From NCBI GenBank assembly GCA_965649765.1, contig OZ287753.1:22382001-22446000 (forward strand): 64,000 nt of DNA, read 5' to 3'. Within the stretch, counting starts at the first letter, position 1. Each line of letters opens with the position of its first letter. A program made the translations under genes and the position numbers. The DNA is from Bispira polyomma. Taxonomy: Eukaryota. The notes under the pieces were generated by a model. That model was not told the DNA's origin and did not search any database. It saw nothing but the letters and a program-made list of their open reading frames with translations. Below are positions 24,084 through 37,400 of this stretch, one piece after another.

Positions 24084-24528
24084 ATGCTTTCCATTTACCC
24101 ACAGAGTAGTTTAGTTACTGTCCAGTAGTTTTGTCGTTACATATTTGTTAGTTGGCATTTTACCGAAGGGTTCCATTTACAGGCCCCGGAACCGTAGTTT
24201 TTACTACCCGTCTCAGCCAAACGTAGGCCATTATTGGCATCTAAAGCTGGACAGGCATTGGCTTCCCTGTGGACAGTATTAGGATATGATCATTCACAGT
24301 TACACAAACCTTTTAAAATCAACTATACTACAACTAATTGGGCTTGGGGTTAAACTAAAAAAATTTTTTAGTCTTTTATACTTATTGTAAAATTACTAAA
24401 ACGACTAATATTGTTATGTAGATGGTTTTTAATGTAAATACTGAATTGGTTGTTTTGTAATAAATGTTAAAATGAATTATGCTTTGTCACTCAGAAGTGT
24501 TGTCTTAAACCATTAACCTGATTTAACT

Positions 24529-25414
24529 TCATTCAAACTTCACACTATGTGTGGAAAATGTTTCATTTCTAAATGTCTGAAAATCCCCCTCATCCAACTT
24601 CTCGGCTTCGGCAGCCAGATACTTAAAAAACGCTGCCCTGTTGGACCGTGGCTTCTCTGGCTTCTGAGTCACTTCTGAGACATTATGCATGTGCACCTGG
24701 CCGAGGTGTTCCATCAGCTGGGTGCTGATGTCAGAGACTTGACGGGGTGGAGAAGGTCTGTGACTACTTCTAAGAGGTCTCTGCGGCACTGTCTCCACCT
24801 ATGCTCGAACACCTGGACAGATTGTGGATCTCAGTCTGTCTCTATGGTCCCTGGGTTGACGTGACACTGGGCTTGAAAGCCGACGACTTGACATGCCTGA
24901 CGATGTGAGACCTCAGGAAGGAAAAACAACTCGGTAACCAGTTTCTCTGTCTGTGAACTCTGGGGGTGCTTGGCCTGACTTCTTCATCATAAGCTTGTCG
25001 AAGCGGTGCATTGTGACTCAAACCAGGTCTTGACGTCTAAAACCTTGAGATCACGGCTGGTAGCGAGCTAGTCCCATAGTCTGTCCTTCAATGACCTGAC
25101 CTTAAACTGTTTGTGGTGCTTGTACAGAAACTTGTTATCCCTCATGAAATTAACAATGGACTCCTCGTCTGGCTCAGTGAGGACCACATGCACCATCTTT
25201 CACATCTTCTTGACTCTCCCTCTGAACTGGGACGACTCTGTTGACCCCTCTCTGTCACTGTTCTTTCTCCCTGTCACTGGGTGCTGGGCTAGCCCTCCCA
25301 TCCGTCTTCTTTGTCTGTACCTCTGACTCTTCCGATGAAATGCCAAGCTTGAACTCTGGAGTCCTCTCCCTCTCTTTCTCCATCTTTCTCTTCACTCTCT
25401 TCCCTCTAGGCACT
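24529..25414 (-). pseudogene. Degenerate MADF (Myb/SANT-like) DNA-binding gene, probably PIF/Harbinger-derived
   Basis: Manual translation gives LTEPDEESIVNFMRDNKFLYKHHKQFKVRSLKDRLWD*LATSRDLKVLDVKTWFESQ/RFDKLMMKKSGQ. The C-terminal RAAFFKYLAAEAEKLDEGDFQTFRNE is BESS-like. Confidence 0.7.
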
Positions 25415-25821
25415 GTAAATGTTGTCTATGAACAAACAACCTGACTGTAAAATAGTCTCTAAGCTCAAGTACATCTATTATTAAAAACAATAAAAAGGCT
25501 CGCTACTAAAAACCACAACATGTATCTCCAGCCAGCAGTCTCCAAATACAACGACTCCTGCACTGCTGGGATGTTTTATATCCAAAACACCCTGACTTGC
25601 GCCAGTTCAATCCTATTGGTCTGGAGTGACTACGCCAGATCCTACTGGCTGCAAGTTTGATCGTATAATTCCCCCGTTCGATCGTTCTTCCACAAAGAAA
25701 GAGACAAACATTAAACACAGGCACTGTGAATTGTACTTAATAATCCAGATATACTAATTTTGTTATTCAAGATTTAACATGTCTTAATCACTATTAGTGG
25801 TTTGTTAACCTTTATAAAACA

Positions 25822-26075
25822 GGGGCCGCGGTGGCCTGGTGGTTAGCAAGCATTGCGCTTCACAATCACTGGTCTCTCACCTCTGGGCGGCATGAGTTCA
25901 AATCCCGTCGATGCCTATGTGGGAAAGGTGGTAGTTCCTTACTGTGGGCCGCTGGTTTCAGTGCAGAACCTTGATCAACTGTATGCAGTGTTTCCTCCAG
26001 CGTTTCCAACTACCTGTCCCAATATAACCTAAACAAGTACTAGAGTGGACGTTAAATATCCAAATTCAAATTCAA
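25822..26075 (+). mobile_element. tRNA-derived SINE, family A (Meta-SINE-like)
   Basis: A box GTGGCCTGGTGG, B box GAGTTCAAATCC and an (AAATTC)n tail. TSD CTTTATAAAACA at 25810-25821 and 26076-26087. Confidence 0.9.
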
Positions 26076-28655
26076 CTTTATAAAACACAATATATTTTGT
26101 ATCATGAAATTGTTGCAATAAAAATTGAAAACCAAAATGTTATGTTAAGACATTTACTTTCATATAACATTTGAATACATATGTAAAACTAAAATAGGTA
26201 AACATTTTTTTTCAATAATCTCTACCTACAGTAGTATACTTCACAGTAAACCTATAAGAGAAACTTGGAAGATATCAGATTTTAGTTTTTTTTTAAAATG
26301 TGCAATAGGAGTCACCAATTTTTCTTTGAAAGCAAGGTAGAACACTACTAAACCGTCACATTATTTTGTTTAAACTATCTGAATCTGCTGTGATTTACAT
26401 GGCCACATTGTCCAACTAAAATTACCATACATTTTTGAAGAGAAGGGCAAGAAAGGACAATATCATCATCATATTCTTGCATGTGATTTTGCACAGATAT
26501 CTAACAATGATTTTTTTCTTGTGATGGTACATCATTAACCAACAAAATATCTCTTCTTTTGTAATTGGGTAGAGACAACAGACCAAATTGGCAAAAAAAG
26601 TGGCAACAAAAACATATATATAGCTTTGATATATGTATGTTCTCCGTTCAAATACTTGAATTGAATAAGGAGCTGTCAAGGTAAAATGAGAGAAATATTG
26701 AAAGAAAACGATACCTTAATACATAATAAATACTTTAGTTGCACTATAGTATTTTGTAAGCAATAATCAACCTAAACAAAAAGTAAGCACAAAGGTACGT
26801 CATCACAATTTGCAGTTTTTTTAATGTATATTCTCATGTATCACTTTCATTTCAATATACAGTTAAACTAACTGAACTAAAACATATATAAAAAATATGG
26901 ATATGGCCGGTTTATCAGCTTATTCAGCCATTTTAAGAAGAATGAGATGTATCCTCCCAACGAGATCACACACAATACACATACTATACTGATACTAATA
27001 ATCAGCATTCAAAATTACAGAGAATATTTAAATTTTCTCTAAAAACACAGGTAACTTGTTAAATTTCTAAACAGTAGAGCCTCTTTTCCAAATATGCCGT
27101 AAGAGCACAATAGATACGTACAAGATTTGTAAATCAATAAAGGTATTGCAGTATAATGCACAATTTTGTTCGAATAGATACAAAGAAGATGTGTAAATTA
27201 GTAAATATATTTAAGTACAATGTAATACAAAGAAAACAATTCAAACAATACAGCTTCAACTGTCAAAAATCTATGTGTACACATAATTCTATCATTCATA
27301 TTTTGATGCTGAATTTACAATTGTGCATTAATTATTTATTCAGCCCAAGCATCTTTCACACATACAAAGTTCCCTTTACCTCAAATACTAATGATGTGTT
27401 AAATATTTTGACCTCAAAATAATAGGTTGTACATATTTCTAGTCCATAGCTTTTGTTCACTAATCACCTGCTGCACCATCAAACTTACCAGTATGTTTAT
27501 TTTAGAAGTGACATTTTGCTACTTGGATTTTACCGCTGTGAAGTAGATTATTACTTCATTATCCTTGGTAATTAAGCCTTTTTATACAGAGATACTATTC
27601 TGCTCACTATCAAAGCATTCAGAATTATGGCTTTCTGTATTTAATAGGTCAAATTATTTTCATCACACAAGGTGAAAAAAAATGTATAACAATAAAGTAC
27701 GATCCTTAACAATATGCAAACTGAATCAGAGTCACATTCCCAGATCTGCACTCCTGTAGTAACAGATGCAAGCACTTCTTTTGTTTGTACCAATAATAAA
27801 TAAAACTACATTTTAGCAACATAAACAACATAACATCTGGGCTAAAACAATTGATCTATAAATAACTATAAAGTAAAAGGGTACTCGGTAGAGAACAAAC
27901 CTATAAAGTAAAAAAATCCTTTATCTATCCTTATCTACTCCACAATTTATTAGATTCTTCCCTGGCCCATGCCCCACCCCTCCACTAAAATTCATATAAA
28001 TCGGTTCAGTAGTTTATGGAAGAGGTAATAACAAATCTGACATCAGAGATATACAAGACTTTCCCCGCAAGTCACCTGAGATATGGCAGAGATAGCACTT
28101 ACAAGGTCAAAGTTGAATAAGTTTGAGGTCAAAGGTCAGTATAAATTAGATAACAATGATGAATACATAAAATTGAACCATAACCACTGCAGGGTTAAAC
28201 AAAAGAACCAAAACACAAACCGTGGCTACACTAAACAAGTCTAGAGTTCTTTTACCCAAATACAACTACATACCCGTCATTTAGTTCTGTATTATAGTAG
28301 TAATTATACAGTAGAACCTCTAATATGCCAACATGTTAGGAGAGCAAAATACAGAAATTTCACAAAATAAGGCCACTTTGCTTCACCTATCTCAAGGGCG
28401 TATATTGGTGTCAGGATAAATACATATCCATGGTAATGATAACAGAAAGAGTCCTTGCAAAAAAATATGCCTTTTTCTCTACTTTTAAGATTACTTGTTT
28501 ACCATGTAATATATGAAGTACATCTTAATAGCAACAGAAAGGAGTTGATCAGAATGTAACTAAATTTATAAGAAGCACTTTAAAAAAATAAAGACTATGA
28601 TATGTGCTCTATGTTATATTTCACTGCTATACTCAACATCTAAAGAACAGTCATG

Positions 28656-28693
<38 letters not shown>

Positions 28694-31447
28694 CTTATGG
28701 TGCTTTATTGGCTTACAAGTATGTGATAGAACAAGTAGCATTATCAGAATAGAGATCACTACAATGCAAAATGTTTCAATACACATACAGCCAGCTTTAG
28801 TATTAAAAATATTACCTTTGCCATGCATAACATCACATTGTATAACATTGACCTATAACCACATTATGTCTTATTGCGTCAGTTTTTTTTTCACATTTTT
28901 AGTTGAATTTTATTTACTGCTCAACCAGAAATGCCATTTTGTCTGTAATTGCTTAAATTCTGGAAATTACTGAAACTGCAAAAACGTACGGACACAATCT
29001 ATACTTAGTGAAAGAATCTCTCCTCCGACATTCTAATAGCAATCAATGACAAAGAATGAAAAATAGCTTGACATTGATGTACAAGTTATCATTTGGTACC
29101 AAAACTAACACAGAGTTTCAAATAATAACCTTTGCCCCTCCCACAATACAATGATTTACATAAGATATGGCGTTATATTGTAGATTTTTAACGCACATTA
29201 TTGATGCTAGGCATCTTCTAAAGTGCAACATCATAATCGATACATCAAAGAATAGTCCGATAAATAAAGATACCACATATTGATGCACATACAGATATTA
29301 AACAAATAATTTCCAAGCACAGTTAATTAATAACACAAGAAGTGAATAACACAAGAGCTGCCAAACTTATAACAATATGCGTATGTATGTGTATATTACT
29401 TGTATATAATAATACTATCAACTACTTTATATACTAAAAGATACCATACACTGGATTAGATTGCCAGTACAGCATTACCTGTCGCCCTAACTTTTCCCCT
29501 TTTGAATTTTCTAGTGAAAGTGTGACGTATGATAATTATATGGCTTCTCGGCCAATGTGACTTACCTCAAAACACAGTGGAATATTAATAATTTTATCAC
29601 ATTACATCATACATGTATAAATCAATGTAATCGAATCTGGTCCATCCCAGTTTCAGGTGTAAAGTGTTTTTTTCACATTACATTTAAGACCTTTTGCATA
29701 TTATGGTATCATACAGCCTTATAAAAACAATAGACTGCACTAAAACAATATCCCAAAACTGGAGCTGAGTTTCTCCTGTCAATCATTAAGTGGGCTAAGC
29801 CCACACACTTTTATCTTAATTGTAATTGGACCAAAAAGCACCCTATCAGATGAAGAGGTGTTGCATATAAATATCAGCCACATAGAACTCTGGAATCTGA
29901 CACATTCTAAATCTATCTTTTGCATTGCTTTTAGGAGAGGTAAAATCTTAAATCAAGGTGTAACTTAGGATGGGCGAGAAATTATAGTGATCCATTGCTT
30001 CGTACATATAAATACCAGGCACAAGGAACTCTAGGGTCTGACACCCTCTAACTCGACTTTTTGTATTACTTTTGGTTGAGGAGTGAAATCCTAAAATTAA
30101 AGTGAAACTCAGGATGGGTAAGGAATTATAGTGATCTATTGCATTGTACTGTATAAGAGAAATAAACATTAGAGTATTAATTAGACTGGTTATTCACCTT
30201 CACCCCACATCAGAATCTACCGAGATACACCCTCTAGTCCCCTAGGGTGGGATGAAACAATATGAAAACTTCTAACTTAAGCTTGGTTTTTCTTAAAGTA
30301 GAAAAGTTACTTCTTATAATTACGGTTTATTGGTGAAAGACAAGTGCATTGAATGTTTTTAATTCATGTGATATAAAAGACCTAGGACATTATATAGCAA
30401 CAAAATATTTGTCACTGCCCACAAAGTACAATAAATAAAATCATTATTCGTGTAATTCCCCAACAGAAACAGAACTACAACTACTAATAAATCCCCCATA
30501 AATACTACAACTTACAAAAACACCAAACCCTAAAGATCTCATCGGACTATTCTTTTGCATACTGATTAGGATGTGTGCAATAGAGTATGCCTGGTCATCA
30601 ATTGAGGGTCCTATAGAAGTAAAGACATTAGCATATAGAATTTAGTAAGCCACACTATTTAATCTAACAACTTCCACAAACTTTCTGGCATTTAATCTCT
30701 ATCTGAGCAGATGTTAAGGTGTAATAAACAACTTACTATCTATTGTCAATTTTGACACTGCTTTACCACAGCTTTGTGAGCCAATAGTTTTACAATTGCC
30801 ATATCCATAGTTTCATATTTTCATGTTTGTGAATACCAATTTTGACATATTCACAAACTAATAGTGTGTGTCTAATGTATTTACAAAAATATCTCTATTA
30901 TCCAAACTTTTTTATCCAAATATCAGATTTTATTGAACACACTCTTCCACTCTTCCAAATTTATCTTTTTCTCATTGTTTTGTACCATAGAGATAGATCT
31001 TCTATTTTATAAACCTTCTGTTACTCCAACAAAATCCGACTGACTTTACTTAAGGTGCACCAAGAATCTATAATGAATTTTTAAACACATATACAGTAAA
31101 ACGTTCGATATATTGACCACCTTACCGTGAACACACCTTACAGTGAACATGTTTTCCTAGTCCTATTTTGATACTGGTAAATTGTGTTGCTCTCTTCTAT
31201 ATGGTCACTAACTTGTGGTCACTGCTGTATGGTATCTGGTCACTGGTACTCTGGGGCCGTATTCAGAAAGGTCTTTGCTTATCGGTAACTTTGCACTTCA
31301 CATCAAGACTAACAGTATGCAGTCTTAGATATTTTTGAATAAATATTAAGTTTAAGACTAAGACTATTTGTGAATATGGTATATGGTATGCGGTCACTGC
31401 TGTCTTGTATCTGGTCACTGGTTTCTTGTATCTACTCACTGGTTCTG

Positions 31448-34400
31448 TCACAGTGATAACTGGCGTGCCCCATCCCCTGGACTAACCACATAGAAAGTGG
31501 CCTTGCCACTGTAACCAGCCTGTAGTGAAATACAAAAATTACTTGATATTGCTCAGTGTTTTAATTTCGCACCAACCACCGAGTCCAAGACCAGTACCAG
31601 GTAACTTGGCTGTGAGGGTCACAAACTAGTTTACCTTGTCAGCCCGGATGTTCAATAAAAATTTTAAGATTAAAATCTGTAATTCATGCATGTATTTTCA
31701 ACTATTTGGTCAAATTTCTTAGAAGTATAATGTACCAGAAATATCAACAATTTTCTCAGCATTATATGCTTCTTAGCATAAAGAGGACACAGTTATTGTT
31801 GATAAACTGCATGATTACACCTTGATGGTGAAAAAGACACTATATTTAACGGTTCTCACGCTATATAACCGAATAATTGCCAATATATAGGATTACTATT
31901 ACTATTTCTGAGAAATAAGTGACAGGTCAAAGAACAGAATTTTATTTATATTTTAAAAGAAATTTATGTTTTAAACCTAAACACACAAATTTCAGACTTA
32001 CCGCCACATGGTCCACTAGATTCTGTACAGCGTCTGCCTTGACTAGAGATACAGTACACCCCCCAAACCCCCCACCCGTCATACGGGACCCATACACTCC
32101 CTCCACCTCCAGAGCCAGCAATACCAGCTGGTCTAACTCTCTACACGACACCTCAAAGTCATCCCTGAAAAGTACACGTATTATAGTTGTACTACATGTA
32201 CTGACTAGAAGTGCAAGAGTACATAATTGGCATGTATTAAACATATTCATACTACAGTTGTACTAAATCTACTGACTGGAAGTGCAGGCATATAGATCCT
32301 ATGTTAAATACTCAAGTACATGTACTATCAAAAGTATTTGACTGTAATATCTGCAAGTACATATGTACTCTAATTGTACTAACTGTACTCACTGGAAGTG
32401 CAGGAGTACTTGGAATGTACTGAACATACTAATTGGAACTAAAGGTACACTAATCTATACATTACATTTGTGCAGGGTATACTGAACTGATATCAAAAGT
32501 ATTGACTGCAACTTCTGCAAGTACATATGTAACCTAGGCTATAGCTGTACTAAAAGTACTGACTAGAAGTGCAGTTGTCCTCAAGCTGTATGAATTTACT
32601 AAGTGCAGATGTACTTTTGTTATACATGGGGCCTCATGGTGTAGTGGTAAGACACTCGCCTTCCACTTCTGCATTGTCGTAGGTTCGAATCTCGGCCCTA
32701 GCATATATGAGGGAAAGTTGGCAGTAGACTGGCTGAAGGCTGGTGGTTTACTGAGCAGAAAACTACCGTGTTTTGGTTTCCTCAACCAGCCAACTGCCTG
32801 TCTTGTGTGACAAAAGATGTGGTGAAAGCGCTGTTACATGTAAACTTAACTTTGGTTATATTAACATGACTAACTGCAAGTACAGGTGTTGTCAGGTTCC
32901 ATTGAATTACTACTTTAAGTACAAGTGTACATCACAACTATGCTCTCAATTGTTGTACTACATGTAAATCAACAGATAGGAAGTACAGATAAATTTAGTT
33001 TGATATCAAATATATTGACTATAGTCACATACATAATGTCAGGGGCTACATTCACAAAAGGGCTAAGTCGAGGTTTTGTCTTAGATCTAGTACACTTCTG
33101 GGACTAAGTCCTAAATCTAGCACAAGAGTATAGTCGATCAAAGACAAAATCTGGGCTTAGCCCTATTGTGAATACTGTCCTGTGCCAGATTTAGACAATG
33201 TTCGGACCAGTTCAATACATTGGGTAACACATCATTAAAATAAGCCAATAAAAATCATTTGGGTTTATTACACACACTCCATCTGGTTTGTTACATTAAT
33301 ACACTTTTAGTAGACTACCAAGAATTCGGTTAGATGGTTAGATAACTAGTACAGGAACCACCTGAGGGGGACCTTAACTTCAATGATGCTCATTTACTAT
33401 TAACCATTTTGTGAACATAACCCTTTTATCAATACTGCTCCCGAAGTACATATTGTGAATACACACGTGAGAGTTGTGGCTCTCTATCATGACTTCTCCC
33501 AATTATGGACCATGGTAGAGCTTCTAAACCCACCTGACAAGAGTATTATCTTTCTAACACGCAACTTTTTACCAAAATGCGAAATCCTGCTCTCCGTGCA
33601 CACTGTGCAACACCCCAATCACGGGTATTGCTGTTTTTTAAAACTGACCTCAGTGAGTTGTGACTTTCTACCATTAGTTTCCCAAACTTCAGATAGTCTC
33701 CTGTTTCTAGGGCGAGGGCTGCCTCCTCACAGCGTGTGTTCTCAGTGACCACATGATGACCTCGCTTCATGGCCACCTTGTCTAAACTGGCAGACATGTC
33801 TGGAAAGAGAGAGCACCAACATTACACATTAATGGGGAAAATATTATACATCACACCAGGGGCTGGATTTGCAAGAAAAAAGTCCATGAAAGTTACCAGG
33901 TACCACATTCAAGTAATTATCAACATAAAAGTCAAGGTTAAAACTCTCAGGTCAAAGTTCCAAATGATCTCGGACTATGCTGTGGCACAATTACTTGTTT
34001 TTTTTTTTGTTTTTTTTTATTATTTTTTTTGTTTAGAACATATATACAAAATACATACATGTACATTCAAAAATAAAAGAATAAACATCTGTAAAAACTT
34101 CAAACACATGAGCAGGGATTCAGCTTAGAAATAAATAAAGTAAGTTTATTACATGCAAAGCAATCACAAAAGTCTACATGTAAATACGTCAAAAGTTTTA
34201 GTTAATTAGGAGAAAAAATGTAAATTAGCTCTCTATTATTCTATTAAACACGGACCAAGTTGCTTGGAACTTGTCAAGCTGGTAGTTTGTTTTAGCTATA
34301 TATTCTTGGTCAATATATATACTTCTGAAATAATTCTGGAAACCAAACATATTTAAAGGTTTTAAATTTCTAGAACATCCAAATATATACTTTTTTGCCA

Positions 34401-37400
34401 CAATAAAAACAACATTGTTGGGGAAATAACCTCCTTCCTTCTCCAATAAACCAAACAATATACCCATTGGATTTAGATCTAGGTACAAACCAAAGAATTG
34501 TTGAAGCCAAGATTTTAAGTCATTCCAGAATTGATTAACCACTGGACAAGAAGTAAACATATGGATTATTGTCTCAGTACACATATTGCAGAAGTAGCAA
34601 GAGGAATTATTATTTACATTGATTTTGTTTAAATAAGCCCTTGTACCCAAAATTCTGTGAATAATTCTGTATTGAAACCAAATAAAATCATTTCTTCTTA
34701 GGGTTTTAAAACATACTTTGTAAATATTGCCCCAATCTTGTTTACTAATATTAGTATTTAGAGTATCAATCCATCTATTTCTCAATTGATAATTATCATA
34801 TTGCTGATTCAATAATTCATAAAAATGCCGACTACCTTTATCAGGATTAAGCAATAATTTCAAATATGGAGGAAAGATCAGTCTGTCGCAAGGATATTCC
34901 TTTATATTAAATTTAGCCAGAAAACTTTTTAAACATTGTTTAATTCTAAAATATTCTAGAAAATTGGTTTTCACTTTATATAATTGACATATTTGCTTCA
35001 ACTCCATAATGCTACCATCATGATTTAAAAGATCCAATGGGGTACATATTCTTGCATAATACCAATGTGGTAGGAATAAAGGTTCAATAGAAATTAGTGA
35101 GTTATACCACATAGGACTTGATATAGCATCACCCTTATTAAATGTAATTTGCCCAAGTAACTTAGCCCAGGCTAGAAGAACTTCCTTCCAAAATGGGTTG
35201 GAAATCCTTCTTGATAAAACTTTAGGCCAGAGAGGTCCCATAAAATAAAATTTTTTTGGATTTGATATGGTTGAAAAAAGCTTAGCCCAAGGTGCTTCTG
35301 GTGATAGAAACAAACGTTTCATCCAGGTGAGTTTTGGAGATGTTATGAAAGATTCTATATCTATCATTTTCCGTCCTCCATGCAAGTGATCATTTGTAAT
35401 TTAGTTATGGCTTATTTTATTGGGCTTGGTATCCCACAGAAATGAGTAAAGTAAACGATTTAAACTAGTTATTATTTGCTTATCATGAGATGGTAGGAAA
35501 GTAAATATATGATTTAGGCTGCTAATGACAAAAGTTTTGAGCACAGTAATTTTACCAAGTGGTGTCAAATTTCTTCTTTTCCACCTGTTTAAAATTTTAT
35601 TAATTTTATTTAGGATTGGACTAAAATTCATGGTGGGCATTCTGTCCAAGTCCACAGAAAATTGTATTCCTAGCAAGTTAAAATCAGTGGAGCCCCAGTT
35701 CAAATTCTCTAAAGTATTGTACTTATCGTGGCAATGTTACTTTTTCCCCAGCCATATTATTTTGGTTTTATCAGTGTTCACTTTGAGTCCAGATAGAGAG
35801 CCAAAGATTTCTAGGGTGTTCAATGTTGCCAATAGAGTGTCCTTACTTCCATCAAGGAATATTGTAGTATCATCAGCAAACTGTGTGATTTTATAATTAT
35901 GTTCGTTGATTATAATTCCTTTAATGCTTATGTTATTATCAACCATGAGAAATAAAACCTCAGCACATAGTAGAAATAGATATGGAGCTATAGGGTCTCT
36001 TTGTCGACAACCCCTCTGTATGTCAAAAAACTTCCGACAAGAAACCTGATTGGAGAATTGTTGCCTTTACATTTTTGTTCAAGACATTTATCCATTTACA
36101 GAAACTATTTCCAAATTTATAGAAATCAAGTACATTTGAAAGAAAAACCCATGAGACTGAGTCGAATGCTTTTTGAAAGTCAACAAGCATAAGTAGACCC
36201 TGTAAATCGTTCTTCTCAATAAAATGCATGATATCATAAACAAGTCTTGTACTCTCCCCAATAAACCTTCCACTAATGAATCCAGTTTGGGATTTTGAAA
36301 TAAGTTTATTTAGTACCTTCTTTAAACGGTTTGCAATTGTTGCAGAGGCAAGTTTATATAGTACCAAAAACAAAGAGATCGGACGCCAATTCTTCAAAAA
36401 TTCTCGAGGTTTATCACCTTTTGGCAAACAGCTAATAATACAAGTTCTTGGCGATACTGACATTTCACCACTCATATAGGCATAGTTCAATGCTCTAAGA
36501 ATGAAATATTTTAATTTTCCCCAAAATAGTTTAAAAAACTCAGCTAAATTTAAATCCCCACATAGTAATATATAAGTTTGGTTATTTAAATTCCAAGATT
36601 TATTTTATTTTTTTAAAAAACTCGGGCGAATCTGTTAGGAGCATATATATTAAGCAGTTTTAACGATATGTCTCCGATATTAAGATCAAGCATTATCATG
36701 TTTCCATCTTTGTCTTTAGAGACAGACTCAATATTATATTCGAAGTTGGTATTGAACAAAATTGCAACGCCTCTTGAATTAGAGGATTCACCATTTAAAA
36801 TACAATCACCCTTCCACATTAGCCTTACAATACTTTCATCTTTAGAGGTCCAACGTGTGTCTTGTAAGCATACAAGTCCAGCTTTTGATTTTGTTAAATA
36901 ATCAAGTACATCACGTCGTTTGTTTTTGTTTTGAAGACCCTGACAGTTTGCTGATAATATTACAAGTTCTTCACCGAACACCATTAAAAGTAATCAAGGA
37001 CTCTCCACAAAGCAACACAGAACTAGTATTAAAGAAAGTTATTTCAGATTCCTGATCTCCAGAATTACTGCAAAAACTACATATTTTACATTCATGGTGT
37101 ATGTGTAAATCATAGTCAGCATCACTTATAATGAACAACATAAAAAGTTCCATAAAGCTGTCCCTGTACAAAAGTTATATAAAAAAAGAAGTGTACATGT
37201 ATGCAAGTAAAAAAAAAATGTCAAGGAGAAGTAATACCTATTAGAACAACCTGCTAGTTCTAGAGGTGTGATCAACGAGTGGTTTTGATGAGTTTCAGGC
37301 AAAACTTTTTTTAAGTATAGAATATTTATATACTCTTTTATCAGTGTTTACAGAAATAAGGATTAGTTACATTTCACTAAGCTGAAAGAAAAAGAAAATT

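Noticed and set aside
25822-25910. tRNA-like sequences here and at 32628, 45275, ~51000 and ~54000
   Set aside because: They have A and B boxes but continue into a shared body and tail, several with TSDs, so they are SINE heads and not tRNA genes.
26100-31400. Short ORFs downstream of GALK1 and similar 60-110 aa ORFs elsewhere
   Set aside because: They are AT-rich and low-complexity with no recognisable motifs or coherent exon chains. Many others are antisense shadows of real exons or transposon ORFs.
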